A stretch of DNA of 64,000 nucleotides from assembly GCA_043228905.1 (NCBI GenBank), contig JBHGNT010000006.1, positions 2,790,001 to 2,854,000 on the forward strand, written 5' to 3'. Every line of letters starts with the position of its first letter. Position 1 is the stretch's first letter. This DNA comes from Azolla caroliniana. Lineage: Eukaryota > Plantae > Polypodiophyta. Below are positions 10,461-25,100 of this stretch, piece by piece. The translations under genes and the position numbers were made by a program. The notes under the pieces are model-generated. The model was given only the letters and a program-made list of their open reading frames with translations, was not told the origin of the DNA and ran no database searches.

Positions 10461-13400
10461 TCTTTGCAGTGTCAGATTAAGGGCCTCAATGGAACTATTG
10501 ACTTCCATGAACCCTTTCTTGAATATCAATACACCATGGTAGTGTACATCATCAAATTTCAATACCCTTTACATGTTTCTATATTTGGTCGTAGGATAAT
10601 TGTATGCCATTGTACATAAAACGTTGTAACTATCTGGGTAGATAACTTCAAATTGTAGCAGTCGTTTTTTCTTAATACTATTGATGAAAATCTTTCAAGG
10701 AAAAAAATAAGTTGTCTTTTGGATGTAACCATGCAATAATTCAATAACGTCAAATATGTAAGTTTTTGTGGTACACGAAAAAGGGGTAATGTGTGGGCTA
10801 TGAACTCAAGGTGGAGAAAGAATCTCGCGAAGTTGTCCCAATACAATCCATGCATCGGCTAGGAGTCCATGAAATGGGAGATTATGTAGGGTGAACAATT
10901 ATGTAATTGTCTTCCTTTTTGGTGTACATGCCATGAGCTAAAGATGTCCACGTTCACTTAGATAATTCGCTTTGTAGTCTATATTTTTGTGCACAACATC
11001 TTACTCACAAAGAAGGTTCCAAGAGATGTTTAGTTATCTTGTTGACATACTAGGTGTATCCACATTTTCCAAGTCATTAACCCTATATCAGAACGAGTGC
11101 ACCTATACAATATAGTAGTGTCATCCAAACAATCATGCACGCATATTTTTAATGCTTCACTAACAAAAGAAAGTCTACATCACTAATAATAAGAATGTCT
11201 GGTTCTCTTTTCCTTTCAATATTCAAAAATATTTATTAGCTTGTGAGATACCAACCATAAGATGCTCAATGAGAATTACTAGCCATAAGCATCACTAACG
11301 CATTAAAAGCTATTTCTGCTTATATAAACTTTCTCACAATAGTAGGATGTTGTAACCCAATCACAACATACATAAGGATAAAATTTGGCCATGAATAATA
11401 TAATAAGTATAATGAGATGTTAAGGAAAAGAATGTCCATTGTGTTAGTGTTGAAACTAAGAGTACTTAACTCAAGTTTATAGAACACGTCACACTAAAAA
11501 TGGCTAGAAACTTCGAATCATACCAGTGCCCACTTACCTACATTAGATACAACCATATAATGGATAAAAGTTGATTGAGTATCGACTAACCCTAGCCAAG
11601 CATTTGACAATAATTCCACAATGCATTTACGGTAAAATTTTCACAATGGACATGGTTTCTCACTTTGTAGTTGAAATTTTGAGCGACATTAGTATACCAC
11701 CAACTTTCCAACATTCAACATTAATTGTAAACTTTGTACCTTTGGTCTTTTAGGACATAATATTGGATATCCTTTTCCATGAAAAACGATATAACTCTTG
11801 ACTAAATTAAAGGTAATACAAATGCTACGATGTCATGCACTTGGACTATGATGATACTCATGTCTAGAGGAGTCATTTGTACAATTGTTCTTAGAGGAGC
11901 ATGTGGTATGTGAAATAACCATGTCTTGTATGATATAAAGGTTAATTGCAATTCATAAGACATTGTATCTACTACAATATCTCCATTTGTATACCACAAA
12001 TCAAGTAATGTATACCCCTAATAAGAGAATACATCATGACAAACCAAACAATAGCTGATTTATACTTTGCAATGGCTTTGACATCATAAAGGACAAAGTT
12101 GTTTTATGTAAAGAACGGGCTTTTTACCACATATAAATTTAGATGAATATTCAAGTTAGATAAGACATGATGAATATTCAGAAAAAAAATTCCAACAACA
12201 TAAAGCTAGACAAAAAATTAGGCTAAACATCATAAAAGTGAATTGAACTGTAATACCAACCCAAATTGTATTCAAATACTATAATGGTGTCTGCTTTATT
12301 GTTTTCATGGTGTTATAGATAAGAACTTTGATTAAAACAATGGCGAAGACAACGAATATGACAAAGAAAGAGTAAATGGATGCACTTATAATACATGGGC
12401 ATGGTACACTAATAAACTTATGACACGTGACCAAATCAATAAAAGAATTTTATTTTTACATAGAGAAAAGGGATATGATGGTGATTATACAGTTATAGGT
12501 GGGGTACATATATGTGAAGGCAAGTAAGTTGAGATTGCTTGTAACTTTCTTTCATGTGTGGACAATACTACCTTCCTGAAGCTCAAATGTAGTGCATACA
12601 ACTTTAATTAAATTGTGTAGTTCATAAAAGCATTATGATAGAACCTTTTTCACGTTGTCAACCTTCTTCAAAACCTTATTAGAATGGTTTAAGCCATCAA
12701 AGAAGGCTCTTGGATGAGTGAGAAGAAGCAATTGACAGGTGACTTCAATGACTAGATACAATCACAAACTCAACATCAAATTAGGGACATCAATGATGAT
12801 ACTTATTGGTCCTTCAATCCTAGCCACTAGATTCAATCATACCATTTATGCTCACACACTAATGTAAGAAAATGCTTATATGGTACACAAGTTACACAAT
12901 TATATTAGATGGTCAATGAACAATGTGTAATTATCTATCAAGCCAGCTCATGTGGAACATGACAACGTAATGAGGGTGTCATTGTACTTGGATTACCTTC
13001 AACACGAAAGATTCCAATGGAAAGCATTTAAATATCCAAGTTATCGAGCAAGATGTACACTATATAAACAAGGTGCTAGTCTATAAGTACAGGATCTACA
13101 TATTGTGATACTCTTTATCTTGTAATTATAATGACGAATATTAACTCATGTACATTACACCTAAACATTTACATTTATGATAAAAGAGTAGTTGCTCATA
13201 TTAATTTTTGTTAATGATTGCCTTTTTGGAATTCACGCAACCATTATGGCTGGGACAATCTTTTGCAAATAGATATGCGTATATGGTAATCATAACTCGT
13301 GATATCCTTAATGATTTTCATCAGAGGAGGATACCATCGGAATCACCTACATAGGGAAGAAAATATCAAATCCTAAAAAAAATCAGTTCCTATGTATATA

Positions 13401-15655
13401 AATAAACATTTACCATACCATGGATTTACCTATTCATGTGAGCAATACACAAGAACATTCAGTTTTGGTCACCCAAACTTACATTATGACTTACAGGAAT
13501 ATGTGTGAGTGAAGAAGCAAGACGACTAGCCATATTTTATGGTTGAGTACATAGACTTTTTGTAAATTTGAAAAGTGAAAACTTGACATCTTGGATTTTC
13601 AAGACACATGAAGTCTAAGGAAGGGGTGCATGTGTGGGAAGTCTATGAACATAAATCCTTCATGCATTTATGCTTACAAACTAAAGCAAGAGTATGATTG
13701 TATGCTTGCAAGACTTACTCAATTATCGTGGATTGTCCTTGAAGAATGAATACTTCTTATCAAGAATAGCAGCCTAACATGTAGTACCACAAGATAAGGA
13801 GGATGTCATTCTAAACCAATCAACATCAAGTAAGATAGTGATGTCAAGAACTTAAATAGCTAAGTTATCTAACTAGTTGTGAACATTTAAAAGATGTGAC
13901 AACCCGAAAGTATGGAATACTAGTTTTGTGATACTGTTTATTTTGTCAATGTAATGATGAATATTAACTTTCTGTAATAACAAAGTATTTATATTTATGA
14001 AAACCTACTAAGATTTTATATTAATTCTTGTAGCTATTGGATTTCACAGAACGATTAGGAGGATATTACGATAAACACGCCATTCAATATCTTTAATTGT
14101 TTGGATTGCCATACTCGATATTTATCTCAAAGAAGAATTGCCATCATATTCATCCGTAGAGGAAAAGATGATAGGGTTCTATCACATAAATGTATATTAC
14201 TTTAATAATTTAATGTGGCTCTGTCTAGTGACCAATGCTGATGTCCTTTAGGAACATTCATCTTGGGTCACCTATACATAGTTACATCTCATGACTATTG
14301 TGGGTTATGCGAGAAAGTTTGTGTACAATGAAATGAAACTTATGTAAATTTGGAAAGTGAAGATTTAAAGTCTTCACTTTTTAAGTACATAAAGTTGGAA
14401 GAAGGTGTTTGTACGTGAAGGCTTGGGACCAATGACAATGTGGTATGGTTTAATCCAATATTGATAAAAGAAAGGCTTACAAAATTGGTAACGAATGACA
14501 CCATACGAGAGGGCTTGTGGTTCAATGCCCTCATCAGAGACTATACTCAACAATAATCACCATTTAACTACGAATTCATTAAGCACCAAAGACAAGCATT
14601 TGATGTAAATCCTAATGCTTGACACTTCCAAGTGAAAAAAATTATAATGCATGATTCCTACCCAATATTATTCAATTATGATGATGTCAATTTTTTGTTT
14701 ATTGAAATCAAAGACTTGCAAGAACATTACAACATAACAAATGGGGTTTGGTGACAAGCTCAAAATGTAATTGAGAGATTTGAAAATCAAGCAAGATCAT
14801 GTGACAAAGCGTGAGCCAATTCAACAGTTCAATGCTTCATCAAAAGATACCACACAAAGATCATGGTTGTGCTGAATGTAGTTGAAGGTCGTCAAAGGAG
14901 GTGTTGTAGTGTGTGCATACACTCAAGAGAATTCAATTGATAACCAATGTGATTTCAAATTATTTATGACAATGATAATGTGTAGCAATCATAACATTGA
15001 ATGAGAATGTTGAGATACTTCAAAAGATCATAACATATGCTCGCATTGCCATCACAATTTTTATTTTTTTTCCAAAAGAGAATATACTCCATTAGTTAAA
15101 ATATACATGAACACGATCCCTTTCTCAGGTAGGCCGTGCCAAGATTATCCTAGCCTACATACGAGATCTCACTTATTTATCTTACACTTTTACATATGAC
15201 TCAAGCCATCCTTTCAGATACATCACCTACCTTCACTATCCCACTTGCCATGTCTTTCACGCCCCTCGTTCAACTAATGGGAGGGGGAAACAACCATCTG
15301 GGTACATCATACTTCCATAGCATTGCCATCACAATTGATGTTCAAACAATGAAACCTAAAGAACATGATAATGTAGGAAGTATTTCAAATGCTATAGTTT
15401 ACAACCCTTGGGGCTGTTGAAAGTGAATTTTACAAATTTAATCTTTAAGAACAAATAAGTATTTTACATACTTTGAAACTTATAGTGCGTGTAATAACCT
15501 AAATAATAATACATTAAAATTTTTAATCCTTGGGCTATGTAAAGTGAAATTTATATTGAGCTAGAAGCAAATAAATGTTGTGCATGACCTGGAACTTATA
15601 ATGAGCATGATCTAAAGTAAAAATGTAAAGAAGTTCTCTCAGATTGGTGTCAAAA

Positions 15656-15657
<2 letters not shown>

Positions 15658-15742
<85 letters not shown>
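15658..15742. repeat. Compound microsatellite (CT)n(AT)n
   Basis: Directly visible. Confidence 0.95.
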
Positions 15743-15747
<5 letters not shown>

Positions 15748-18700
15748 TATACACTTCAACATCGGGCCTAGAAGATAATGTTTTTTTACTTCTTGACTAA
15801 TCTATGTGTTGCATCTTGTTATTTTGCTAAAAATCATTGTATTCCTCGATGACATTATATTAACTATTCAAATCACATTTTTAAACAAACTAAAAATTTG
15901 ATGTAAATTTTTGCATCTTTAAGTAGTCCATTATCATATTTTCTCGCATCCTTAGCCATTTGTCAGATGCATCTTTAGACATCTATGCTGGTTATGTTGT
16001 ATTAATATGATCAATCAACCACCTAAGCAAGATGTGCAAATTATACTTTTTTTGTGTGCATGGTTTGTAGTGTTAGGTCTTGCTAGTAGATCAAGTAAAA
16101 TGGAAAGAGATCAAACCACAAAACAAACCATAAGAAAGAACCAAAGAGATTGTTTTGAATAGAAAAGCCTAAATTTAATGCTTTTAAGGCAACTTAATGG
16201 CCTATAGTAGATGTGCCAAAACCCCAAGGTCAACAATATATTTGGCATAAAACATTAACAAAACAAACTGCACACAATATGATCTTACCCTCCTCTTGAA
16301 TATCCAATGTATTGTAATATTTCATGAATGCCCTAACCTTTTTCCTTACACACATGGGGGATATATATTAACCCCTAAGGTTTATTACATCGTACACCTA
16401 TCATGTTTGAACTACCTTAGTTTTCACATTAAAGTAGATCTCACAAGTTTGGGGTGGATGTGACAAGCAATTGATTACACATATCATAAAATGAAAAACT
16501 CCATAAATCGGGTCAATTACAAACTTAAAAAATTGTAGGCTCCATACAAAATATGACTTTAATCCTTCAAAGATAGTGAAGCGGTTGAAACATTAATGGA
16601 CAAAATATATTTTGGGCATGTTGATAGGTACGAGTCACGACTAACTTAGATGTTCATCATTATGTTATCCAATGTAGGATGTTATTAACATTGTCATTAA
16701 CAACATATGTATTTTGATTTCATGTTTGTATAAGTTTGGATATGAGCACACTTATATAATGTCCAGAGGAAATTCAAGGTGAAACATTCTCTTGTATGTC
16801 ATATCTATTACTTTGTCTTGGTGAAGATGATTTAAAGGTAAGGCTTGTATAGAAGACTATGAATGTAACGTATGCAACATTCAAAACATTATATATTCTG
16901 GGAAAAATGGTTTGGTATGGCAATAATTGTCCATAGTGGAAATTGCATCGAAATGAAAGACACTTTCTAACCATGACAATGTAGAGGGCCACCAACTTAG
17001 TGGACCACTTGTGCTTTTGAGTGATCAAATTAATTGGTTCATAGCTGATCTCATCCATGCAATGTTGGAGAGGGGTGGGTGGGGATATTGAGATGCTTCA
17101 AGCAAAATTAATATCGTATTTGCATGGTTCTATTGTAAGATTTCATTCACAATTCTCGGTGGTATGCCATTTGTAAGTCATCAAGGGCACACACATATCA
17201 CCGTCCAAGGATGAGGGGTGAATTCTTTAACATAATGCCTATGCTAGATATTTTGTAGAAGTCATTAATGAGTGCACATTGTGTTTCTAAATTATTTGCA
17301 TTCTTGCTAAAACATAAGTTATATGAATTTATTGTAGAATTGCAAATGAGACTTGTGACCTCATAGAGAAGAAGTACATTCTTGTGATTTAGACTTCCAA
17401 TATTAGGTAGATTGAAATTGATGAGTATGAAGTGTTCGAGATAATGTGAATACTAATCACCATATTGAGGTAGTAATGGTCACTATCTCCTTTATCTATA
17501 AGTACACAATGGTAAGAGTCTTGAATTTGAAAAGTTTACATTAAATCCTTGCATCAAGAAAAGAAAATGTTGCTAACATAAAAAGGGGGATAGATAGAAA
17601 AGTTTGACATAAAAAGATTGTATAACCACCACGGTCCCCCCCCCCCCCCCCCCTCGTTTCAATCAAATCCATTTAGTTTGAGGAAATTTTAAATTCTAAT
17701 TCTCTTTGTTGCACACGCTCCCAAAAGCTCAATAAACTTTGTTCCTCGCATCAAGCAATTAAGCATGATGTTAAGAATCAATCCATTGCCTTGCACCTAT
17801 GCCACTTGTAGTTGGTCAGGTCCAAAACTCAAACCACGTCAAGATTTATGCTATTGTAATAACACAAAATATTTAACATTGGTGTGTTTCACAAGCATGC
17901 TTTTGGCCCTATGTATGTATGTATTAAAGTGGCGTGTGCCTATTAGTGTAGGTTTGATAGAAAATGATAATCATGGTAATACCATGAGGGTTTAAACCAA
18001 TGGCATTAGCATATTTTTCACAATACATGCGAAAACAATAATAATATTGAGAAACAATTCCTCATATGTCCTAGATTCATTCCCCTTGGTCTAACCAACT
18101 TAAACCAAACTCACAACTTGGCACCACCTTACATCTTCCTGCAATTGATTCCTCTTAGTCTAACCAAACTTGAACCAACTTCACAACTTGACACTACCTA
18201 ACATCTTCCTTAGTTTCAATTATTTCTCTTACATAGATGATGCATTATGGTTACCATAAAGACTCAAAGAACTTAAACTTGAACCAAATGCATATAGGAT
18301 TTTCCAACTCGATCATCCTACATAGAGGTTGCAATATGGTTGTGACAAACGTCTAATAACTCTTAAATTGGGTGTTAGAAGGATAGACACATTAGTCAAG
18401 GAATGGCAGCTCGACTTCTTGTATTAATGAACCATTGGGATCACCTAAAAGAACCAAGCAAACCCGAAAGTGAGCCATTGGCCCATTAGGGTCTTACCAT
18501 CTAGGTACTCAAATTCTAAGGTGTACTTTTGGTCTAACCAACTAGAGCCAACTTGTCAAATATCACTATCTTCCAACAAATACATGTTATAAGTTAGAGT
18601 ACATGATGTGAACTGAGTTTTCTTTAACATTGCCCAGATGGACGATAATCGTGAGGATTTAGGAGGTGTCATTTGGAAGTGTATCTAAGTTTCCTTGATA

Positions 18701-19280
18701 TTTGTGATGAATTTGTTTAACTATTAAAGAAATAGTCATAAGTTATTCCTAGATTACAGACATCAATATCACAATGTCAAAACAATATTTGAGAAAGAGA
18801 TGGAGCTATAATCCATTAAGCTATGGACTCTGGAGCAATAAAATCTACTAGTTCTACAAAGCTACATAATGTTTTGGATCCTTTAGTTTCACATTTTTTT
18901 TTGCCTCACATTATATCACACAATATTTTTATAATTTGCTATGTAGCCTAACTACATACCTCAACAATGTTAGCCACATATTTATCCATCCATTTAGTTT
19001 AACAAAATCTTTGAAATATCCTTATGTCATAGTAACTCATGCACTGCATTGTAACACCATTAGTTTAGTTTAAAGGTACTTTTGTAAGTTCTATTTTCCG
19101 CATACCCTTGTGCCAATTGCATCCTCTTACATTGAAACTACACAATACTTGGTTTAGAGGTATATGAATTGCCAATTCGATTGTCCTACATTACAGAAAC
19201 ACCATGCTTACCTTAGATGTTGGTATGTTGATTAATGTGCCTGAGCCACATTAATTAATCACTTAATTTGAGATGTTAGG

Positions 19281-19745
19281 TGTCACTATAAGGAACCTAG
19301 GGAGATGTTAGGGCCGAGCAATAAAGAAGTAGGAAATAGAGAGTCGAAAAATAGTAAAGTTATGGAATAGGGAGTAACGGTTCACGCACAGTTGTAACCG
19401 TCCATGAGCCCTATAAAAAGGGCCATGGGAAGAATGTCAAAGCTAATCGAACACCTTGTAACTTTTTGCGCTTATAATAGATTTCTGTTGCCTTCGATAC
19501 TCTGAGTTCAAAACTGTGTTGAGTTTCCACACTCTGTGTAATCGTGTGGCTACAACCGGTTTTAATTGGCTTGTTTATCTCCACAATCGCACAACCTCAG
19601 TTCAATTCCTATGTAATCTTCTATTATTCGAAATCTTCGAACAACTCGTAGCGAAGTACGATTCCACTATCCCCGACCACAATACCTTGAGTCGGATAGC
19701 CAAAGGACTGGGTATTCGACACCGTGTTATCCTAGGGAAGTAACA
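19281..19745 (+). mobile_element. Solo-LTR-like sequence
   Basis: TGTCACT...AGTAACA termini; internal CCCTATAAAAAGGG TATA; no TSD recognised. Confidence 0.45.
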
Positions 19746-20519
19746 ACCTTCTAAACCATTGATTAAGAAGAAATGATGGAGATACAAAAATGGAGAAATG
19801 AAATAGGTACATGCATGATATTATCAACCTAAAAAATAATGTATGTGAGCAAATGAAACATTTCCATGTGATATGTTTATTGATACGTGAATCTCAATGT
19901 TCATGAATTTCACAAGTGAATGTTGTAATGGAGTTTACATTGTGATTAATGAAAAAGATAAATGTGTTGGGGAAAATGTGGAAAAGAAGCTCAAATGTGA
20001 TAAGAGGTTGAGCATTGCAGTGAACATATTGTCAAAACATGTGTAAATGAATATTCTTGTCGATAATGCATGAATCACTTGCATCTAGATCTCTCTACAT
20101 CTGTTAGACATTGGGATTGCAAAAGCTTCAACCATTAATGAATCTTCATTGACCAAATGCATTGCAACTCATCTTCTAAGTGAGCAAATAAATCCCTAAA
20201 TACTAGAATAAGCCCATTGATTAAAGATTAGGAGGAAGGTATGAGAGGATCAAGGATGGGAAAACATGAAGAAAGCATACAACTTAGAAAAAAAATTCAA
20301 CTTTGCATGCATGCCATAGATTCTTAAAGATGATAGGGAGCTAACTTCGGTGGAGAGGCAAGTAAAGGATCCAAGGTGAAAACAACTATTGATTTGAAGC
20401 GTAGCTTAGAGGCAAAACAATGTGTCATTGAAATGAAGGGGATACGTGAAAGTAAGGGCTCTATGAGAGTTAATACTCGTGTTAGTAATGACGTAAGGTT
20501 GGATACGATCAATAGGCCT

Positions 20520-21042
20520 TCTTGCCTTATAAGAACCCAACATTCAGGATTCATGTTTGCAATGTAATATTCTAAATTTGTTCTTTTAGCATCTTTCCAC
20601 TTCTTCCTTAGCTGGTTCATTAATCTTTCCTCAATAACTATATATTTTAGAGAATCACTAGAAAGCTCTAGGAGATCTTCTACATCCCATCTTTTAAACC
20701 ATTTTTGATCTCAACTACCCAACCGGATGAGAGAATTTTGCTCTTTTGATTCTTTTTACAGGCAACATTCCAAGCAAGATATGGTAATATATGGTTTTGG
20801 CATATTATTGACTTTTGTAATGCATCTATATACTCTTTGTAGCACTAATAATTCTAGAGGTTGAACACTTGTTCCCAAGAGCATAACTTGATAGGAGGTG
20901 GTGGATTTAACTCCCAATTGTCTTCTTAAAAACATCTTTCAATTGTCTCAATCTCATTCCATGCATTAAGTGAGATAGTGTCTCCCCACACTTCTACTCC
21001 ATAAAGCAAAACTTTTGTTACCATGGCATTAAATACCATTAG
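20520..21042 (-). mobile_element. Ancient diverged fragment of the RTEX-like LINE clade
   Basis: Minus strand reads LMVFNAMVTKVLLYGVEVWGDTISLNAWNEIE..FLRRQLGVKSTTSY, matching LFDTLVTPVLLYGVEVWGGSIPKSMWKEFE..FLTKFLQVKKQTPY of the 1124-aa ORF2. Confidence 0.75.
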
Positions 21043-21070
21043 TACGCGACAATACTAATAATGAAGGTTA

Positions 21071-22185
21071 TGTTAGATAGTTGCTCATGAGTGTCTGACA
21101 ACCACTCTTGCTCGGTTCACCACCAAGAGGCTATACGTGAATACGGATCCTAGGCACAATGATATTGATCAGAGGTATAACTATCACAGACACACCAACC
21201 GCAGACTCGGATGGAGCACGGGATGAGGCTATGAGCGACGAGCTGTGAACTTAGAACTAGAAGTGACAAGGCTAGAAACTCGAGAATGATGAAAGAGAAT
21301 GAAGAAAGAGAATGAAGAAAGAGATAAAGATCAAATAGACAAGATGGGGCGAATTGAGAATACTAGATTGATGTGTCAATGACTAGTGTTGAATCCCTTG
21401 AAAGGAACCAATAAGGTTACAAGTATTTATGCTCTAAGTTGAAGTACATGCATTATAATATTTTGAAGAATATTCTAGAACCTTGGAACTTTCTAGAACT
21501 TTCTAGAGAGAGTATAGGTCTTAGATCATGAACATCTTATACAATGATATATAGGTTAAATATATTTTATACGATGTTCATATCAAGATGGTTGAGCATG
21601 ATGTAATGTTGATGTGAGGTTGCAAGTTCAATCCTCACCAACTATATATTTTATGTCATTGTATCGTGACAATAACTCTATTGATTCATAGAGATGTTTC
21701 GATGTAAGCACACAGAAGCCACACATATATTATTAGAGACATAGACTAATGTAAGCATTAGATAAGGATAGAATATAGATATAGATAGAAAGGAAAGAGA
21801 GAAAGGAGGGTGCCGATCCACCTGACCACCCTCGAGCGAAGGGATTGAGACGGACTCGAGCCTCGATCGGCGTCCCATACCACCGTCGTGGCGTCGAGTC
21901 GTACCTGGTGCTGGCGCGCTCGCTACAAGAGTTGACCCACCACAAGACAGAGTCTTGACGTAGTCAACAAGATGATGAAATGAGGGTAGCTAGGCCTCTT
22001 ATTTATAGCGATACCCAAGGCCCCCAGGCAAGTTCACACTTGGCCTAATGGGTTGTCTCAATCCCGAGGATTAAAAGTAATCCTCCCCTTCTTTACACTC
22101 TCGTTTAACCCTCACACTTATCCACGTGTATAGAATGCTACGGTAAATTTTGACCACGGGATATTATATGGTCATGCCCGTAACA
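21071..22185 (-). mobile_element. LTR-like sequence interrupted by a nested solo LTR
   Basis: Right terminus reads TGTTACGGG on the minus strand; TATA (CTATAAATA) near 22000-22008; CT-rich R/U5-like tract. Left boundary uncertain. Confidence 0.45.
21182..21671 (-). mobile_element. Solo LTR (490 bp) related to the chromovirus LTR at 56405-56897
   Basis: TATCAC (from TGTCAC)...CGTGACA termini; perfect 5-bp TSD ATAAC (21177-21181, 21672-21676); shares CTAGA-type repeats and ATCTTATACAAT with the 56405 LTR. Confidence 0.8.
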
Positions 22186-25100
22186 TATATATTGTGGCAA
22201 GATACTAGTAATAAGAGAACATCATAGTTAAACATAAAAACAAAAGAAATAAGATATTGATATTGCCAATTACATTAGGGATCATTCGCAGGACAATGCT
22301 TCCATTGGGGTGGATTAGGGCATTTCATGGCAAAATGTCAACTAACACCAATGGTAGAGGTGCCTAGTAATCTAAATGAGATTGTTGTGGTAGAGAATGT
22401 AGTAAATAAAGAGGATATAGTAGAAAATGATGATGTGCCAGTTTTGGAAGAAAGGGAAACATGCATTGAAGCAAAGATAATGTATGAAGAAATAGGATGA
22501 ATCTTAGATTGAAACTCGTGCCCACAACAAACATAAACAAACATATATAAAGGAGAGGGGACATCAAGCGGTGACTTTGTCTCTAAATCCTATTGGGCTA
22601 CCATATATATCTTCTAATGGTCAATTTCAAGGGAAATCATAACCATCACAATCGTCAAATGTTTACTCTAGCCCAAGTAATCAATTGTTAAAACTTGATT
22701 TGATAAGAATGCCAAAGCCATCACACAATTGGATAACCTTTGACGCTAAATCATGAATGAGGTATTAGGGAATATGTGATCAACCAACAACCATGCATTG
22801 GAAATTCTTTGCCAATGTTAAGTGATTATTTTTCAAGGATATACCTAACATATTTGCGCAACTAGAATTAAACATTAAGAGAACTCAGGTGAGTAAAGAA
22901 GATAACTACATGGAATCAAAGGGGATTTCAACCCCCTTTTTAGCATAAAGGATACCAAGTTTGTTATGTGGAAGTTAGTGGTGGACATTATTTTGGTGTA
23001 GTCCTTATTGATACAGCCTATGCTGATTCAAAGTGATGCTCACAGACAATTCATAGTGGTTAGGCTCACCTATGAAGGGCAAATGATATGGGTCATGGGC
23101 ATTAATGCACAAAATAATATCATGCAATGTATTGGGCCTTCACAATGTTTAACCAACTTCTTCATCTAAGGAAACAAAGATTTTTACTAGTTGGTTTTAA
23201 TATATGTTTTGATATGGTGCAGTCTCTTTCAATACATAGTTTAATGGATGGTCTAGAAAGAGAGGTTTGGGATATGTTTGCAATGGAAGTTATAAAGTAT
23301 GATGCATGGACTTATAGTAATTGAACAAAACTTGATAATACCTTTCAATATGCATAATATAGACCATAGTACGTAATATACTTGAATACATTGACAAACA
23401 TTCTTTTTCATACTAATGCAAATGAATGCGTATGTTATCAAAACATTCTTATGTTTTTTTTACGCCTTTTTACTTAATTTTCTTACCTTAAAAAAATTTA
23501 CCTTATAATAAATAATGGAATACAAAAGTATGGTATTACCATACTTCGAGGGTGTTTACCATACTCAAATGATTGAAACATTCTCAAATGCAAATGCATG
23601 TATGGTACGCATGGTTCATACTATGATATAGAGTAACATGGAATTAGTAAGATTGTACATCTATGATGCATGATGAGGCATTCTTGCTAGAAGTGTTGAC
23701 AATGCAAATATATTGGACTTTTCAATAATCCATAAAACAATGTATGGTCTCTGATCTTTATTGGGAAAGAACCCATTAAGATTTTTTTTTTTTTTTTCCG
23801 AAAAAAAACTCTTTCCATTAGTTATAAAATTTTACAGATGAGAGTATTATATACAAATCCCTGTAGGTACACGATAGTTTCATCTTATGTGGATGCCCAT
23901 TGACTCAAGAAAGGGAGAGGATGACCGTTGTTGGATGAAGGCTAGTCGTTGTCTTTCAACTCCATTGGAGCCGCCCTTGAGGCCATCATATTGGCTCTTT
24001 AGAGTGGCTACAACTTCACTTCGTATCTCTTGCATTAACATTATTGGATGCACCATTTGGTTGGAGAAGACCATTTACACCATTGTTTCCATAGAATCCA
24101 AAGAGTTATTAGGCTGACCAATTCCAACACAACTTGAGATTTGGCATTAATAGGAGTTGAGTGCATATTGCCGATGGTGGAAAAAATAACCTCGTGTGCT
24201 TTTATTACCAAAGTCATCCCCTCTTGATGCTTGTACCTATCAACTGGGGCTTGCCATGATAACCAACATACATTTCCCCACTTGATGGTGCCTTGCACCT
24301 GACATAATTGCAATAGGCGGCCAACCCCCCAGCCATATTTGATGGGTCTCTGGGCAAGTCTCACAGAGCGCATCAGATTGATTCTGTTGTATTTGGGCAC
24401 GCTACACAATTAGGAGAGCTAAGGTTCCCACATTGCCATGCTCCAACTCCTGATGCTCGTACCTATCAATTAGGGCCTGCCATGATAAACAACATACATT
24501 TACCCACTTGATTGTGCCTTGCACCTGGCATAATTGCAATAGGCGGCCAACCCCCAGCCATATTTGATAGGTCTTTGGGCAAGTCCCACAGAGCGTGTTG
24601 GATTGATTCTGTTGCATTTGGGCACGCTACACAATTGGGAGAGCTAAGGTTCCATGTTGCCACACTCCAACTAGTAGTGACTTATGTATTAATAGCCATT
24701 GGAATGTGGTAATTCGCCTCACATGTTGTTGTTTCCAGATATTTTGCTAAAACTTGGTGATAATTGTGTGAGGAACATGATATGTGTGCCAGACCTTTGC
24801 AGCATCCGACTCTCGGGTTGTTTGAGCGGCTAGAATGTTGTGACCTTATCTAGTAGTGAATTGGAAGAAAGGGATGACTTTGCTTCCTTGACCCACATAA
24901 ATCTTGCACCATGTTTATTGCAAAGGGTTCCAACTGACCTTATGTAGCCATGTGTTTTCATGAGTACATAGTGTCATTCTGGTTGTACTTTGATCGGATC
25001 GGGATCTACAATCCATTTATGACCAGTATATGCGAGTACTCGAATTGCCATATTCAATGTTAGTGTCTCATTGTCTCACAATTCAGAGCCTTTGATCCTG

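Noticed and set aside
10900-15100. Possible Helitron/Pif1 or other transposase remnants
   Set aside because: Only a faint FG....MAG-like trace near 13220-13260; too decayed to support without a profile search.
16700-23350. Possible decayed DNA-transposase fragments (~16700-17560, ~22600-23330)
   Set aside because: No motif could be read with confidence.
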